A stretch of 32,000 bases of DNA from Methanocaldococcus jannaschii DSM 2661. GTDB taxonomy: Archaea > AGJL01 > Methanococci > Methanococcales > Methanocaldococcaceae. This document shows positions 21,480-32,000 of this stretch, piece after piece. Under the pieces are notes generated by a model, which saw nothing but the letters and a program-made list of their open reading frames with translations, made no database searches and was not told where the DNA came from. The stretch covers positions 1,086,629-1,118,628 of the forward strand of contig NC_000909.1 in NCBI RefSeq assembly GCF_000091665.1. Direction: 5' to 3'. Each line of letters starts with the position of its first letter. Position 1 is the first letter of the stretch. Both the position numbers and the translations under genes were made by a program.

Positions 21480-21881
21480 ATGAAGTTTTTCTTAAACACA
21501 GGCAGAACTATTTGGCAAGGGGAGGCAATGGAGGCTGGAAAAAACCTTGATTTGTATGTTAAAGCTGCTGGAGTAGTTTATATCAACGAAGAAGATATGG
21601 AGAAATTAGGAGTTAAAGAAGGAGATAAAGTTAAAGTTAAGTCAGAATATGGAGAAGTTGTAGTTTATGTAAAAAAAGCAACTGAAAGAATGCCAGAAGG
21701 AATGATTTACATCCCAATGGGACCTTGGGCAAACTGTGTTGTTAAACCAGACACACACAGCACTGGAATGCCGACATTTAAAGGATATCCTGGCTTTTAC
21801 GTTGAAGTTGAGAAGACAGACGAAGAATTTTTAGATATGAGGTCTTTAATGAGAAAAAAATACATTGAAGCTGTTGAATAA
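21480..21881 (+). CDS. fwdD: Formylmethanofuran dehydrogenase subunit D
   Basis: Molybdopterin dinucleotide-binding-like domain (VKVKSEYGEVVVYVKKATERMPEGMIYIPMGPWAN) in fwd cluster context. Confidence 0.92.
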   Translation: MKFFLNTGRTIWQGEAMEAGKNLDLYVKAAGVVYINEEDMEKLGVKEGDKVKVKSEYGEVVVYVKKATERMPEGMIYIPMGPWANCVVKPDTHSTGMPTFKGYPGFYVEVEKTDEEFLDMRSLMRKKYIEAVE

Positions 21882-21907
21882 ACCAAATATTAATAAATGG
21901 TGATAAG

Positions 21908-23611
21908 ATGGAATATATCATAAAAAATGGAATTGTTTATGACCCATTAAATGGGATTAATGGAGAAAAAATGGATATATGTGTTAAAGATGGAAAGATA
22001 GTTGAGAGCGTCTCTGATAATGCAAAAGTTATTGATGCATCTGGATGCGTAGTAATGCCTGGTGGAATCGATTCACACAGCCACGTTGCAGGGGCAAAGG
22101 TTAACGTCGGAAGAATATTCAGACCAGAAGATAGTAAAAGAGAAATCTATGCTAAAAAAGGATTAAGAACTGGAACAGGATTTTCAGTTCCATCAACCTA
22201 TAAAACAGGTTATCAATATTCAGAAATGGGTTATACAACTGTCATTGAGGCAGCAATGCCCCCATTGATTGCAAGACACACACATGAGGAATTTATGGAG
22301 ACTCCACAAATAGACAAGGCAGCAATGCCATTGTTTGGAAACAACTGGATGGTCTTAGAGTATTTAAAAGAAGGAGACATTAAGGCATGTGCTGCTTTTG
22401 TTGCATGGCTGTTAAAGGCTGTTAAAGGATTTGCTATAAAGATAGTTAATCCAGGAGGAACAGAAGCTTGGGGTTGGGGTAAAAACGTTCATAGCTTAGA
22501 TGACCCAGTTCCATACTTTGATATAACACCAAGAGAGATTGTTAGAGGTTTAGCAGAGGTTAATGAGTTACTTGGTTTGCCTCACTCAATCCACGTCCAT
22601 CCAAACAACTTAGGACATCCAGGAAACTGGGAGACAACATTAGAGACAATGAAGTGTGTTGAAGGCGTTGAGGCAAAACCAAGAGTTGGAGAGAGGGAAA
22701 CATCATACTACAACACACATTGCCAATTTCACTCCTATGGAGGGACTTCATGGAAGGACTTTGAAAGTAAGGCAATAGAGATAGCTGAATATGTAAATAA
22801 ATCAAAACACGTTGTTATTGATGTTGGACAAGTTACCTTAGATGAAACAACAACAATGACTGCAGATGGACCAATGGAGTATGATTTACACATGACTAAT
22901 GGATTGAAGTGGGCAAACTGTGATGTTGAGCTTGAGACAGGTTCTGGAGTAGTTCCTTTCATTTACAGCCCAAAAGGTCCAGTTTATGCTGTCCAATGGG
23001 CAATTGGTTTAGAACTCTTCCTAAATACAAACACAGATAAGGTATTATTAACAACCGACCATCCAAACGCAGGGCCTTTCACAAGATATCCAAGAGTTAT
23101 TGCATGGTTAATGAGTAAGAAGTATAGGGATGAATGGTTATACAACAAAGTTCATAAGTGGGCACAGCAAAGAAGCCATGTAGCGGATGCTGATAAAGAA
23201 TACGACTTATATGAAATAGCAAAAATAACAAGAGCTAACCAAGCTAAGGTTTTAGGATTGAGTGAGACAAAAGGACACTTAGGAGTTGGAGCTGAGGCTG
23301 ACATAGCAATATATGCAATAGACCCAGAAGAGAAAGATGGTAAGAAGATTGAAAAGGCATTTAGATATGCTAAGTATGTATTGAAGGGAGGAGAAGTAGT
23401 TGTTAAGGATGGAAACGTTGTTAAAGAAGTCTTTGGAGACACAATCTATGTAGATGTGCAGGTGGGAGAGGACTTAATGAATGAAGTCCTTAAAGATGTT
23501 GGGGAGAAGTTTAGAAGATACTACTCAGTTAACTTAGAGAACTACCCAGTTTCAGATGAATATGCAAACAGCTGGAGAGTTATAAAGATAGATGCAACTG
23601 ATATAAACTAA
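21908..23611 (+). CDS. fwdA: Formylmethanofuran dehydrogenase subunit A (amidohydrolase family)
   Basis: VVMPGGIDSHSHVAGAKVN, HVHPNNLGHPGNW, LLTTDHPNAGPFTRYPRVIAWLMS. Confidence 0.97.
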   Translation: MEYIIKNGIVYDPLNGINGEKMDICVKDGKIVESVSDNAKVIDASGCVVMPGGIDSHSHVAGAKVNVGRIFRPEDSKREIYAKKGLRTGTGFSVPSTYKTGYQYSEMGYTTVIEAAMPPLIARHTHEEFMETPQIDKAAMPLFGNNWMVLEYLKEGDIKACAAFVAWLLKAVKGFAIKIVNPGGTEAWGWGKNVHSLDDPVPYFDITPREIVRGLAEVNELLGLPHSIHVHPNNLGHPGNWETTLETMKCVEGVEAKPRVGERETSYYNTHCQFHSYGGTSWKDFESKAIEIAEYVNKSKHVVIDVGQVTLDETTTMTADGPMEYDLHMTNGLKWANCDVELETGSGVVPFIYSPKGPVYAVQWAIGLELFLNTNTDKVLLTTDHPNAGPFTRYPRVIAWLMSKKYRDEWLYNKVHKWAQQRSHVADADKEYDLYEIAKITRANQAKVLGLSETKGHLGVGAEADIAIYAIDPEEKDGKKIEKAFRYAKYVLKGGEVVVKDGNVVKEVFGDTIYVDVQVGEDLMNEVLKDVGEKFRRYYSVNLENYPVSDEYANSWRVIKIDATDIN

Positions 23612-23643
23612 ATATCCTTTTCTTTCTAAAATTTAATTTTTAA

Positions 23644-23913
23644 GTGATTTTGATGATAACTTCCACAACTGACAACTTAGAAGGTTTTAAAATTGTAAAA
23701 TATTTGGGTGTTGTAATCGGCTATGGTGATGACCCAGACGATGCCTTAGAAGATTTAATAGATGTAGCTGAAGATATGGGAGCTAATGCAGTTATTGGAA
23801 TAAGAATCTCTAATGAATTAACAACTGAAATCATATCTGATGAAAACTATGCAGTTCCAGAATTAACCTACTATGCATATGGAACGGCTGTTATAGTTGA
23901 GAAAATTGACTGA
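23644..23913 (+). CDS. YbjQ/UPF0145-like heavy-metal-binding-family protein
   Basis: ITSTTDNLEGFKIVKYLGVVIG...DLIDVAEDMGANAVIGIRI...AYGTAVIVEK; real start probably the ATG at 23653. Confidence 0.8.
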   Translation: MILMITSTTDNLEGFKIVKYLGVVIGYGDDPDDALEDLIDVAEDMGANAVIGIRISNELTTEIISDENYAVPELTYYAYGTAVIVEKID

Positions 23914-23938
23914 TAAAAAATAATAAGCCGGTGATGGT

Positions 23939-24760
23939 ATGAAGGAGTTAATTCTAACATTACAAAAGGAAATTATTGTTCCAGTAGAGATGGATAAAGT
24001 ATTGCCAGAAGTTATTGAGAACATGAGCTTAGAGGAAATAAAAAACATTGAGTTAGTCCAAGGAAGAAAAAGAATTAAAGTTGCTGACATCTTTGATGTT
24101 GAATTAAATGATATTGAAGGAGAACCAAGAATTGTAATTAAAAACTCAAGTCCAAAATTAAAATACATTGGTTCAAAGATGACAAAGGGAGAGATTGTTG
24201 TTGAAGGAGATGCTGGAATGTATGTTGGGGCAGAGATGAAGGGAGGAAAGATAGTTGTTAATGGAAATGCTGAGAGCTGGGCTGGACAGAATATGAAAGG
24301 AGGAGAGCTTTTAATCAAAGGAAATGCAGGAGATTACGTTGGTTCTGCGTATAGGGGAGACTGGAGAGGTATGAGTGGAGGAACAATTATTGTTGAAGGA
24401 AACGCTGGAAATGAGATTGGAGAGTTTATGAGTAAAGGTCTCATACATATAAAAGGAAATGTTGGAATAATGGCTGGAATTCATCAAAATGGAGGAATAA
24501 TTATTATTGATGGAGATGTTGATGTGAGAGTTGGAGGAGAGATGAAGGCAGGAGCTATAGTTGTCTATGGAAAGGTTGAAGAGATTTTACCTTCATTCAA
24601 GTTTGAGGGTATTGTGGAGAATCCAGTTATAAAATTAAGTAAAAAAGACGCTGGAACACCAATAGCAGGAACCTTCTATAAGTTTAGTGGAGATTATGTC
24701 TATAATAAACCAAAAGGGCAGTTATATATTTCAGTTGATAGCAATCCAGATTTAATTTAA
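23939..24760 (+). CDS. fwdC: Formylmethanofuran dehydrogenase subunit C
   Basis: GltB-like glycine-rich beta-helix repeats: GDAGMYVGAEMKGGKIVVNGNAESWAGQNMKGGELLIKGNAGDYVGSAYRGDWRGMSGG. Confidence 0.96.
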   Translation: MKELILTLQKEIIVPVEMDKVLPEVIENMSLEEIKNIELVQGRKRIKVADIFDVELNDIEGEPRIVIKNSSPKLKYIGSKMTKGEIVVEGDAGMYVGAEMKGGKIVVNGNAESWAGQNMKGGELLIKGNAGDYVGSAYRGDWRGMSGGTIIVEGNAGNEIGEFMSKGLIHIKGNVGIMAGIHQNGGIIIIDGDVDVRVGGEMKAGAIVVYGKVEEILPSFKFEGIVENPVIKLSKKDAGTPIAGTFYKFSGDYVYNKPKGQLYISVDSNPDLI

Positions 24761-24846
24761 TTTTGAAAAACATATTTCTTATTTTTCTACAAAGTTTCAT
24801 AAAATCTCAATAGAAATTCTTTTTTATTATCGAAGCATAAAACTAT

Positions 24847-24866
24847 TTATACAAATATTTGTATAA
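24847..24866. promoter_or_regulatory. Perfect 20-nt palindrome, candidate operator of the downstream toxin-antitoxin pair
   Basis: TTATACAAATATTTGTATAA is identical to its reverse complement; 42 nt upstream of ATG 24908. Confidence 0.55.
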
Positions 24867-24875
24867 TATTAATAT

Positions 24876-24895
24876 CACATTAATGCCACATTAAT
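24876..24895 (+). repeat. Direct repeat CACATTAAT-GC-CACATTAAT between palindrome and start codon
   Basis: Exact 9-nt repeats at 24876-24884 and 24887-24895. Confidence 0.5.
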
Positions 24896-24907
24896 AAGGT
24901 GATTTTA

Positions 24908-25153
24908 ATGGTTAAAGCAATAGTTGATATTACTGATGAAAATAACAGAATAATAAATATAGTCAAAGCAAAATACAATTTAAGAGATAAAAGCCAGGCT
25001 ATAAACAAAATAATAGAAGAATATGCAGAATTTCTGTTAGAGGACGAACTAAAACCAGAATATATTGAAAAAATTAGAAACATTATGAAAAATGAAAAAC
25101 CTATATACATTGGCTCTATTGAAAATCTAAAAAAGAGATATTTAGGTGAATAA
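24908..25153 (+). CDS. Small antitoxin-like protein (ribbon-helix-helix-like)
   Basis: MVKAIVDITDENNRIINIVKAKYNLRDKSQAINKIIEEYAEFLLEDELKPEY; directly precedes a RelE-like ORF. Confidence 0.75.
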   Translation: MVKAIVDITDENNRIINIVKAKYNLRDKSQAINKIIEEYAEFLLEDELKPEYIEKIRNIMKNEKPIYIGSIENLKKRYLGE

Positions 25154-25438
25154 ATGTATGAAATCGAAATAATGCCTTCATTGGATAAAATACTTCAAAA
25201 ACTTTCAAAGAGAGACAAAAAGAAATTAAAAGCAATATTAAAGAAAATGGAAGAGATTACTCAAAATCCACACCATTATAAAAACCTAAGACATCCTTTA
25301 AATGATTTTAAAAGAGTTCATATCGATAAAAGCTTTGTTCTTGTTTTCACCGTTGATGAGAATAATAAAACAGTTATTTTCGTTGATTTTGACCATCATG
25401 ACAACATTTATAAAAAGAAAAAGCTATTTAAAGATTAA
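25154..25438 (+). CDS. RelE/ParE-family toxin-like protein
   Basis: MYEIEIMPSLDKILQKLSKRDKKKLKAILKKMEEITQNPHHYKNLRHPLNDFKRVHIDKSFVLVFTVDENNKTVIFVDFDHHDNIYKK; adjacent to the antitoxin-like ORF. Confidence 0.8.
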   Translation: MYEIEIMPSLDKILQKLSKRDKKKLKAILKKMEEITQNPHHYKNLRHPLNDFKRVHIDKSFVLVFTVDENNKTVIFVDFDHHDNIYKKKKLFKD

Positions 25439-25447
25439 CTCTTAAGT

Positions 25448-27079
<1,632 letters not shown>

Positions 27080-27154
27080 TTAAATAAACCAAATTAAGAT
27101 AAATAAAAACAAAATAATAATAATATAGATAATAAAATAAAAAATATAAAAATT

Positions 27155-28279
27155 TTATAAGCTACACGGATGAATAAATCCTCCCTTAATCATCAAATCA
27201 GCTAAGGTTATAGCAACCATTGCTTCAGCCACTGGAACAATCCTTGGAACTATAACTGGGTCGTGTCTTCCTTCAATTTCAATTTCAACATTTTCTAAGG
27301 TTTTTAAATTTATGGTTTTTTGCTTTTTACCTATTGAAGGTGTTGGCTTTACTGCAATTCTTAAAACTATTGGAGTTCCACAGCTAATTCCTCCCAATAT
27401 GCCACCGCAGTTGTTTGTTTTGAATCTTATATTTTTGTCGTCATCAAAATACATCTCATCGTTCATCTCACTTCCATACATCTCAGCCGCTTTAAAACCA
27501 GCCCCTATCTCAACTCCTTTAACAGCATTTATACTCATTAAAGCTCTTGCCAATTCTCCATTTAACTTATTGAATATTGGATTTCCAACTCCAACAGGAA
27601 CATTTAATGCAACAATTTCAACAACTCCTCCAACACTATCTTTATTTTCCATTGCCTTTAAAACATACTCCTCCATCTCTTTCTCATTCATTGATGGACA
27701 TCTCAATGGATTACTTTCAATAATCTCTATTAATCTCTCTAAGGATTTTTCATTTTCAAAAACCTCTGGATTTTTATAGTAGCTGAAATCTCCTTCAATC
27801 TTTCCAATCTTTATGGTATAACCAATAATTTTTATGTTGTATGTGTAAGATAGAAGCTTTTTAGCAATAGCTCCTCCAATAACATGCCCTATCGTTACTC
27901 TACCACTTGCCCTTCCTCCTCCCCTATAATCATAGTTTTTATACTTCAATCTATAGGTTAAATCTGCATGTCCAGGTCTTGGTGTATCTTTAATTTTTGA
28001 GTAATCTTTAGGTCTCATGTTTTTGTTATAGACTATTGAGCAAATAGGAGCTCCAGTAGTTTTCCCCTCAAAAATTCCTGATAAGATTTCAACTTTATCC
28101 TCTTCTTTTCTTGGTGTTGAGAAGATGCTCTGCCCTGGTCTTCTCCTGTCAAGCTCTTTTTGGATATCCTCTTCAGATAAAGGCAGATTAGCTGGACATC
28201 CATCAACAACTGCTCCAACAGCCTTTCCATGACTTTCTCCAAAAACTGTAACTCTAAACATATCCCCATAGGTGTTCAT
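27155..28279 (-). CDS. aroC: Chorismate synthase
   Basis: MYGDMFRVTVFGESHGKAVGAVVDGCPANLPL, RPGHADLTYRLKYKNYDYRGGGRASGR. Confidence 0.97.
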   Translation of the reverse strand: MNTYGDMFRVTVFGESHGKAVGAVVDGCPANLPLSEEDIQKELDRRRPGQSIFSTPRKEEDKVEILSGIFEGKTTGAPICSIVYNKNMRPKDYSKIKDTPRPGHADLTYRLKYKNYDYRGGGRASGRVTIGHVIGGAIAKKLLSYTYNIKIIGYTIKIGKIEGDFSYYKNPEVFENEKSLERLIEIIESNPLRCPSMNEKEMEEYVLKAMENKDSVGGVVEIVALNVPVGVGNPIFNKLNGELARALMSINAVKGVEIGAGFKAAEMYGSEMNDEMYFDDDKNIRFKTNNCGGILGGISCGTPIVLRIAVKPTPSIGKKQKTINLKTLENVEIEIEGRHDPVIVPRIVPVAEAMVAITLADLMIKGGFIHPCSL

Positions 28280-28356
28280 TAATGTCACCAAAAATTTTTA
28301 ATTGCTTAGTTTTACATTTAAAATAAAAATTAAAATAGTCAAAAAATAAAAAAGGT

Positions 28357-29649
28357 TTATCTGTAGAGAACATCCAAGTGTGCTGGTTCCTTAACTTTAA
28401 CTTTCTTTTTCTCCATAATCTTCTCAACTGCCTTTCTAAAGTCATCCATTGTTACATAGTCCCTTAACTCCCTAATTGCATTCATCCCTGCCTCTGTGCA
28501 GATTGCCTTTAACTCAGCCCCTACACATCCTTCAGTCATCTTAGCTATTTCTTCTAAATTGACATCTTCCGCTAAATTCATCTTTCTTGTATGAATCTTC
28601 AATATCTCCAATCTACCCTTCTCATCAGGAGCTGGGACTTCTATGATTCTATCAAATCTTCCAGGTCTTAATATTGCAGGGTCTAAAATGTCAGGTCTGT
28701 TTGTGGCCCCAATTATCTTAACATCTCCCCTTGCATCGAATCCATCCATCTCTGCCAACAACTGCATTAATGTTCTCTGAACTTCCCTATCTCCACCAGT
28801 TAAAGCGTCTGTTCTCTTTGCTGCAATAGCATCAATCTCATCTATGAATATGATTGAAGGAGCTTTTTCTTTAGCCAATTTGAATATATCTTTAACTAAC
28901 GAAGCCCCCTCTCCAATAAACTTCTTAACCAATTCAGAACCAACAACTCTTATAAAGGTAGCATTTGTTTCTGTAGCAACAGCTTTAGCTAATAATGTCT
29001 TTCCAGTTCCTGGTGGTCCGTAAAGCAGAATACCTTTTGGTGGTTCAATTCCAACCTTTTCAAACAATTCTGGATGTTTCAATGGGAGTTCAACAACTTC
29101 TCTAATTTCTTGCATTTGTTTCTCTAATCCACCAATATCTTCATATCTAACATTTGGTCTTTCATCAACTTCCATTGCTTTAGCTCTGTAGTCTTTATTT
29201 TCTGGCAATACATCAACAACTGTTAATGTTTGCTGATTTAAACAGACTCTCTTTCCAGGGGCTAAATCATCTGGATTTACAAAGTGAGAGACATTAACTA
29301 AGAAACTTGGGCCTGTTGAGCTTTTGACAACTACTTTTCTCTCTCCTACTTTATCAACTACAGTTCCAACTATCAATGGAGGGACTCTCATTCTATCTAA
29401 TTCTCTTCTTAAAATCTCATTTTCTTTCATTAACTGTAAATTCTCTCTTTCAAGCTCTTTTTTCTCTAATTCTAATTTTAGGATTCTACTTTCTAATTCT
29501 GCAATTCTTGCCTTTTCTTGGAGTTCCTCTTTAAGTAAATCATTTTTTAAGTTAGAATTATCGTTTATTTCCTTTTCTTCTTTAAATTCTTCAGTAAATG
29601 CTTTCTTTTCTTTCTTCAATTCAGTTGAAATAAATTCTTCAAAAACCAT
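28357..29649 (-). CDS. pan: Proteasome-activating nucleotidase (AAA ATPase)
   Basis: N-terminal coiled coil, [50 protein letters not shown]-terminal HLDVLYR (HbYX type LYR). Confidence 0.97.
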   Translation of the reverse strand: MVFEEFISTELKKEKKAFTEEFKEEKEINDNSNLKNDLLKEELQEKARIAELESRILKLELEKKELERENLQLMKENEILRRELDRMRVPPLIVGTVVDKVGERKVVVKSSTGPSFLVNVSHFVNPDDLAPGKRVCLNQQTLTVVDVLPENKDYRAKAMEVDERPNVRYEDIGGLEKQMQEIREVVELPLKHPELFEKVGIEPPKGILLYGPPGTGKTLLAKAVATETNATFIRVVGSELVKKFIGEGASLVKDIFKLAKEKAPSIIFIDEIDAIAAKRTDALTGGDREVQRTLMQLLAEMDGFDARGDVKIIGATNRPDILDPAILRPGRFDRIIEVPAPDEKGRLEILKIHTRKMNLAEDVNLEEIAKMTEGCVGAELKAICTEAGMNAIRELRDYVTMDDFRKAVEKIMEKKKVKVKEPAHLDVLYR

Positions 29650-29770
29650 AATATCACCGGTAAATTTAAGTTAAGTGAAGGGAATATTATAATCATTTTA
29701 TTTTATTATGGATTATCATTTATATACCATATGGAATTATAATAAAAATTCTTATATTTAAATTTTATGT

Positions 29771-30826
29771 CTAATCGCTTAGCTCTTCATACACTTTTCT
29801 AACACCCATTACACATTTTTCCCAAGAAAATTTTTTTGAAAATTCTTTTCCATTTTCCCCCAAAGTTTTTCTTAGTTCTTCATTATTTATTAACTCCAGA
29901 ATTTTTTCTTTTAAATCATTTGGGTTATTTTTCTCAGCCAATAGTCCGTTATATCCATCAATAACAATCTCCCCCAACCCCCCAACCCTTGTGGCTATTA
30001 CAGGCTTAGAGCAAGCCATTCCTTCAACAGCCACCATTCCAAAACCTTCACTTCTTGAAGGAACTACTAAAAAACTACACTTCCTCATAAATGAAGCTAC
30101 TTCATCAAAACTTTTTCTTCCTAAGAGTTCAATATGGCTTAAATTATTTTTAACAACAAAGTTCTCTATTTTTTTGTATAACTTCCCATCCCCTATGAGT
30201 TTAAAATTAAAATCTATATCTTTTATTGCATCTATTAAAATATCGACTCCTTTTTGTGGAACAAAAGCTCCAACAAACAATCCAAAGTTATAATCTCCCT
30301 CATTGTATAGAATTTCTTTATTTACTCCGTTGTATATAACAATAGCCCTATTTTTTAAATTCTCATCTAATTGATTTTTTATATATTTACTTACACAGAT
30401 GATTTTATCGGAATTAGTTGTGGCATATTTAAAAAAATATCTCCCCTTTATGGAGTTTTTTAATATTAAAGCATCACTTCCGTGAAGAGTTAATATATGT
30501 GGAATAGATAGTTTATTTTTTAATAAAGCCCCAACACAACCCTGTGGAAACGCATAATGGGAATGAATTAAATCAATACCTTCACTCTCAATGATATTTT
30601 TTCCTATTTTATAGGCATTTATAAGATAACTAATTCCCCTAAATTTTTTTAGGTGAGGGACGTTATGAATAATTACATTTTTATATTCGTTTTCTTCATA
30701 ACTATCATAGGTTAATATATGAAACTCAATATCTTTTAAACGCTTTACCAAATTTTCTACATGTAAGGTGATTCCCCCAATATAAGGATAGTATATACTT
30801 GGCATTAAAACTTTCATAATTATCAC
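29771..30826 (-). CDS. GT4-type glycosyltransferase
   Basis: PYIGGITLHVENLVKRL, HSHYAFPQGCVGALL, FVGAFVPQKGVDILIDAI, EGFGMVAVEGMACSKPVIATRVGGLGEIV. Confidence 0.92.
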   Translation of the reverse strand: MIIMKVLMPSIYYPYIGGITLHVENLVKRLKDIEFHILTYDSYEENEYKNVIIHNVPHLKKFRGISYLINAYKIGKNIIESEGIDLIHSHYAFPQGCVGALLKNKLSIPHILTLHGSDALILKNSIKGRYFFKYATTNSDKIICVSKYIKNQLDENLKNRAIVIYNGVNKEILYNEGDYNFGLFVGAFVPQKGVDILIDAIKDIDFNFKLIGDGKLYKKIENFVVKNNLSHIELLGRKSFDEVASFMRKCSFLVVPSRSEGFGMVAVEGMACSKPVIATRVGGLGEIVIDGYNGLLAEKNNPNDLKEKILELINNEELRKTLGENGKEFSKKFSWEKCVMGVRKVYEELSD

Positions 30827-30834
30827 GTGATACT

Positions 30835-31839
30835 ATGAGATTTGAGGAATTCAAATACGTTAGGAAAGGAGTTATTGTTGGATTGTTAATAATGTTGTTA
30901 TATATAATTTGGCCGTTTATTGATGTCTTAGCTTATTCATGTGCCTTTGCATATATGGCTTTGCCAGTCTATAACATATTAAGAAAAAAATTTAATAAAA
31001 CCATATCAGCAGGTTTGGCAATTAGCATATATATCCTTCCAATTATGACAATTACAATTTACGCCCTACTAACGTTCATGGAAATCATACTATCTTTCAA
31101 TACTAAATCTATAGAGCCATATATTAATGAAATCCTCTCCATATATAATTCTTTTATGTTAGAAAGAATTATTAATAATGAACAAATAATTGCAAAGTAT
31201 ATTGACGAATTTATAAAATATTTGGTTAGTCAGTTTTCTGGAAAGATTATTGATGTTGGATATTTAATAGTTAAAGTAATTATGGTTTTGTTCTTAACAT
31301 TCTACTTTCTAAGAGATGGGGATAAAGCCAAAAACCTGATAATTTCATTTGTGCCTGATGAATATAAAGAAAAGATGAGAATTTATTTAAGTTATCTTCA
31401 TGACTCCTACAAAAATTTATTTATAAGCTGTGTTTCACTTTCTATAATTATAACTATCCTATCCTACATCGGATATCTTATACTTGGGGTTCCTTATGCA
31501 GAGTTATTTGCGATAATAACCGGAATATTTGCTTTATTACCAATATTGGGAGGATGGATGGTGTATATCTCAATAGCTATATATTTCTTTTTAATACATG
31601 ACTATACTAAGGCAGTTTTTATGTTTATTTATGGGGAACTCTTCCTTTCCATAGCTCCAGATTTTGTTATAAGACCTTATTTAGTTAAAAAAGAAGTAGA
31701 TATTCACCCAGTCCTTGTAGTTATTGCGTTTTTAATGGCGCCCCTTTCATTAGGACTCAGTGGATTTGCTATTGGTCCATTAGTCGTTGGGGCTTTAAAC
31801 GCCTTTTATTTGGCAAAATATAGGGATAAAAAAATCTAA
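30835..31839 (+). CDS. AI-2E transporter-family (UPF0118) permease
   Basis: Multiple hydrophobic segments; family-like PLVVGALNAFYLAKYRDKK C-terminus and LPILGGWMVYI. Confidence 0.85.
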   Translation: MRFEEFKYVRKGVIVGLLIMLLYIIWPFIDVLAYSCAFAYMALPVYNILRKKFNKTISAGLAISIYILPIMTITIYALLTFMEIILSFNTKSIEPYINEILSIYNSFMLERIINNEQIIAKYIDEFIKYLVSQFSGKIIDVGYLIVKVIMVLFLTFYFLRDGDKAKNLIISFVPDEYKEKMRIYLSYLHDSYKNLFISCVSLSIIITILSYIGYLILGVPYAELFAIITGIFALLPILGGWMVYISIAIYFFLIHDYTKAVFMFIYGELFLSIAPDFVIRPYLVKKEVDIHPVLVVIAFLMAPLSLGLSGFAIGPLVVGALNAFYLAKYRDKKI

Positions 31840-31849
31840 GAGGATAATT

Positions 31850-31918
31850 ATGAAAAAAGTAAGAGTAGTAACTGCCGGAACATTCGACATCCATAGGGGG
31901 AAACCCCTATTGGGATGA
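31850..31918 (+). pseudogene. Interrupted/truncated 5' end of a RibL-like (FAD synthase) nucleotidyltransferase
   Basis: MKKVRVVTAGTFDIHRGKPLLG*; the first 14 residues match the expected MKKVRVVTAGTFDI(LHPGHY) start, then the reading frame enters a hairpin-rich sequence. Confidence 0.6.
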
Positions 31919-32000
31919 ACCTTTTAGTAAAAGCTTCACCAAAACCTAACATCTCCTCGCTTACGCTCGGAGGTGTAAATTAGTAAGATTTGGGGAGTAT
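31893..32000. repeat. Hairpin-rich, probably mobile or dispersed repeat element, continuing past the window
   Basis: Three successive inverted repeats: 31893-31910 ATAGGGG-GAAA-CCCCTAT; 31916-31938 TGAAcCTTTT-AGT-AAAAGcTTCA; 31949-31976 ACATCTCC...GGAGGTGT (one G-U). Confidence 0.5.

Noticed and set aside
20122-23442. Minus-strand ORFs inside fwdF and fwdA (20122-20376, 20743-21018, 22560-22805, 22735-22962, 23152-23442)
   Set aside because: Shadow ORFs of conserved coding sequence, with composition reflecting the reverse complement of Cys/Gly/Lys codons.
21908-23611. Search for an in-frame TGA/selenocysteine event in the fwd genes
   Set aside because: fwdF, G, D, A and C are each read through without internal TGA; no SECIS-like element was identified by eye.
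27312-29674. ORFs antisense or out of frame to aroC and pan (27312-27779, 28033-28269, 28254-28445, 29324-29674)
   Set aside because: Overlap clearly real genes and show no domain-like motifs.

Overview
This is a gene-dense, AT-rich archaeal window that strongly resembles Methanocaldococcus (gene content and order match what I remember of the M. jannaschii MJ1145-MJ1179 region; this is inference, no search was run). Main blocks: a 5'-partial beta-helix repeat/membrane protein; TFS; NUDIX hydrolase; DUF99 protein; a cluster of small Lys-rich repeated ORFs; HD phosphohydrolase; YgiQ-type radical SAM protein; AzlD plus an apparently truncated AzlC; Cdc48 AAA ATPase; TtuA/NcsA-like thiolase; RPA; GatA; metallophosphoesterase; UPF0173 metal-dependent hydrolase; HTH regulator; a formylmethanofuran dehydrogenase operon (fwdF, G, D, A, YbjQ-like, C) headed by an HTH-ferredoxin fusion; an intact small toxin-antitoxin pair; pyrG; aroC; PAN; glycosyltransferase; AI-2E-type permease. 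Less obvious signals: a decayed toxin-antitoxin locus (18175-18430), a duplicated metallophosphoesterase tail (16011-16073), an unlisted 40-aa membrane ORF (16211-16333), a perfect 20-nt palindrome upstream of the intact TA pair, a solo CRISPR-repeat-like sequence near 2614, and a hairpin-rich element that appears to interrupt a RibL-like nucleotidyltransferase at the right edge. I found no clear novel multi-gene defence system. The best leads are the HTH-ferredoxin fusion, the Lys-rich repeated ORF cluster, the TA remnants and the hairpin element.
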